In this document: positions 54,120-56,789 of the stretch, in pieces
How positions within the stretch are numbered: position 1 is the stretch's first letter
Layout: each line of letters opens with the position of its first letter
Program-made: the position numbers and the translations under genes
Assembly (NCBI RefSeq): GCF_001194135.2
Contig: NC_068988.1
Location: forward strand, 39,782,529-39,839,317
Length of the DNA: 56,789 bases
Direction: 5' to 3'
From: Octopus bimaculoides
Taxonomy: Eukaryota
The notes under the pieces: model-generated
Told to the model about the DNA's origin: nothing
Seen by the model: the letters and a program-made list of their open reading frames with translations, nothing else
Database searches by the model: none

Positions 54120-55074
54120 GCACGTATTTATATAAAAGAATCACTGAATATTCCTCGCCACTAATGGAAGATGTAAAGTCAGTTCCAGAATAATTTCAAC
54201 TTAGAAACTATTATAACTTGAACAACCAAGCATGGTATCTAAAAGAAATGAAAGGAAAATGATATAAAATAGTGGAAGGATGAAAATTAAAAAAATATGA
54301 AAAGAAATGGATGTTAGTGCGAAATATTGTTGGTGTTCAGTGCCAGAGGTATTATGAACCATTACACTGATGATTCAATGCATCTGAGGCAGAGAATATC
54401 ATATCTTGTCTACATAAAAGCTACGATATCTCCCATTATAATTTTTATTGTTTTAAGTGTGGGGTAACTTGAAAGGAATTTGACTGCAATTTTTAACAAG
54501 TCCTGCGATCACATAGAAGTTTCAGGCGTTGGCTCAATAGATGAAATTATTTATTTTTTATTTTTTCATTTCCGTGTCAACTTTAAAACTAAGAACAACG
54601 GCGATCATACCAGAAGAATAATACAATAATTCGTTATTGAATACCACAGAATTAAGATACTATGGGGTAATACGAGTGAAATATAGCTGCTATTTGTAAC
54701 AGGTTGAGCTACTTTTGTGCATTTAGTGTTATTCGTAAAAGATGTTGATAACCAGTTTCCTTTCATCCTTCATGGATTAGATATATGATCAACAACGTTT
54801 TAAGCAAGACTATCCCAACTTTTTAGGAGTATCTAGTAACTCCATCAGACAATGATTCCTCCCGTTTTTCAAGATGGTGAGTTGTTTCCTAAGGGAATTT
54901 TTTGTGGATTTTTTGTAGCAGGTAACTTGAAAACGTTGGAACTTTGAATGAAAATTATATCACAAGGACAAAGCAGAAAACAAATTTTGATTCTTTTTTT
55001 TAAATGTTCAAGTCTACGGCAGCACCTTAGAGAATTTTCTAGTCGAATGAATCAACCTCAGTATTTCTTATTTT

Positions 55075-55385
55075 AAACCTGGTACTTATTCTATCGGAAC
55101 ACTTTATCAGAACCGCTAAGTTACGGGGACGTAAACACACCAGCACCGGTTGTCAAGCATTTAGTGAACATGCACAAACACAAAGACATACACATAATAC
55201 ACACAGACATAAAGACACACACAAACACACACACACATATACGACGGGATAATTTCAGTTTACATCACCCAAATCCACTCTCAAGGTTTTGGACACTCCA
55301 AGGTTGTAGTAGAGGACACTTACCCAAGGTGTCAAGCAATGGGTCTGCAACATGTGGCTGGGAAACAAGCTTCCACGCCTTGGAA
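55075..55385 (-). mobile_element. CORE-type SINE with internal (CA)-rich tract
   Basis: ggtacttattctatcgg...ccgctaagttacggggacgtaaacacaccagcaccggttgtcaagc...atacgacggg...gaggacacttacccaagg; reverse-orientation relative of the 29290 copy. Confidence 0.8.
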
Positions 55386-55559
55386 CAAATAAAGAATACA
55401 TGCAAACATATGTAAGAAACGACAAAAAATATAATATGAAGAATAAAAGAAAATAAGATGAATAGAAAGATGAAAGAAAAACAGAACAATGTTTGAAATA
55501 TTACATTACGATATCTCTTCAAAATTTTGTGACACAGAAACACTATTAGGACCTTCATG

Positions 55560-55920
55560 CTGAGGAAGATGGTGACGACAACCTCAACTTCGCTGACGAC
55601 GATGATGACGATCATAAAGATGATAATGATGGTGGTGTTAATGATGATGATGATAGTGGTGGTGGTCATAAGGATGTTGATGATAGGGTGGATCATGATC
55701 GTAAAGATGCTGATAAACTCCCACCGTCATCTCGATATAACCCCCCCCCCCACAAAGAACATTACTGCTACCACCAGGACAACCATCGCCACCACCACCA
55801 CCACCACCATTACAACCACCCACTCTACCACCACCTCTACGACCTTCACCTCGTCCACCGCTTCCGCTGCCTTCACCACCCGCACAGCTACAACCATCAT
55901 CGTCATTTTCGTCAAAAGCA
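55560..55920. repeat. Degenerate (GAT/GGT)n then (CAC/CAT)n low-complexity region
   Basis: Direct sequence; source of the His-, Thr- and Met-rich spurious ORFs. Confidence 0.85.
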
Positions 55921-56234
55921 TATACTTCATCTCCATGTCCTTAGTCTACGGCTTGCGAATCTGTTATGCGATAACTGATCTTCATTTTTAAAACTAGAGA
56001 GAAAACAATCCTAATAAGCCTAATTAAAGCAAGGACATGATCAGAAACTATTTCAATAGAGATTTAACATATCATATGGTTGGTGACGTCTCACTGTCTC
56101 TGTCATTATTGACTTTACAGTCTTGACAATATTGATGACTACATGGATTATAATGACGATTACAAAGACATCAACGTCACAGATATAATACTACTATCAA
56201 GAAAAACAAGGACAAGAATAAGAACAACAACAAC

Positions 56235-56410
56235 GAAAACAACGGTTTCAAATTAGAGCACAAGGCCATCAGTCTCGCGGGAAGAGCCAAGTCGATTAAA
56301 TGGACTCAGTATTCAACTGGTACTTATTTTATCGGCCACGAAAAAGGCAAAGCTGACCGCGGTGGGATTTCAACTCAGAACGTAAATTTGCCCGGTGTGT
56401 TAACAACCTT
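56235..56410 (-). mobile_element. Octopus-type SINE
   Basis: ggtacttattttatcgg...aaaggcaaagctgaccgcggtgggatttcaactcagaacgtaaa is the reverse complement of the 6808/15215 family. Confidence 0.8.
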
Positions 56411-56460
56411 ACAGGGTTCACCGGTTTATTAATGATGAAGATTTCAATAATAATAATAAC

Positions 56461-56495
<35 letters not shown>

Positions 56496-56496
56496 T

Positions 56497-56789
56497 ATAA
56501 ATCATCTCATTTACATGGATGATTTAAAGCTTTTTGCAAAAAATGACCAACAACTCAAAGGCCTACTAGCGATTGTTAAACAATTCAGTGATGACATCAG
56601 GATGCAATTTGGCCTTGATAAATGTGCAAAAGCTACCTTTATCAAAGGAAAAATGACAAATACATCTAATGTGAACCTTGCCCAGCAAAATGTCATAAAA
56701 GAGTTAGAACCAGCGGAGAGCTACAAATACCTAGGGGTAATTGAAGGGGACAGTATCAAGCACTCAGTGATGAGGGAAAGGATCAGAAG
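56497..56789 (+). mobile_element. 5'-truncated Dong/R4 LINE RT fragment starting at a (TAA)n tract; runs off the window
   Basis: Open frame INHLIYMDDLKLFAKNDQQLKGLLAIVKQFSDDIRMQFGLDKCAKATF...ESYKYLGVIEGDSIKHSVMRERIR; YMDD at 56512-56523; (AAT)n at 56446-56490 immediately upstream. Confidence 0.95.

Overview
AT-rich, repeat-saturated animal DNA from a draft scaffold with nine N-gaps: 1935-2440, 14566-15034, 20161-20217, 23922-24094, 30617-31089, 38361-39349, 42033-42456, 47089-47445 and 53289-53453. The SINE families, microsatellite load and transposon repertoire look cephalopod (Octopus-like); this is recognition from memory, not a database result. I find no intact host protein-coding gene, rRNA, tRNA or CRISPR array. 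Nearly all ORFs in the supplied track are microsatellite, gap-read-through or antisense artefacts. Supported content: tRNA-derived SINEs; at least six R4/Dong-clade non-LTR retrotransposon remnants (two start exactly at (TAA)n tracts); a Penelope GIY-YIG fragment; RTE-like fragments; a decayed Ty3/Gypsy element with a nested TTAA-flanked MITE; two Tc1 fragments and a mariner fragment; a Chapaev3-like remnant; and a hAT-like MITE. Less routine observations: (i) heavily decayed, stop- and frameshift-riddled segments resembling a very large inducible GTPase (VLIG/GVIN1-URGCP family), which would make this a pseudogene graveyard; (ii) minimal type I hammerhead-ribozyme-like motifs with palindromic stem III; (iii) a 201-bp inverted repeat with only 2 mismatches. 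I cannot support a claim of a wholly new biological system. The best leads are the VLIG-like remnants and the hammerhead-like motifs, and both need homology or structure searches.
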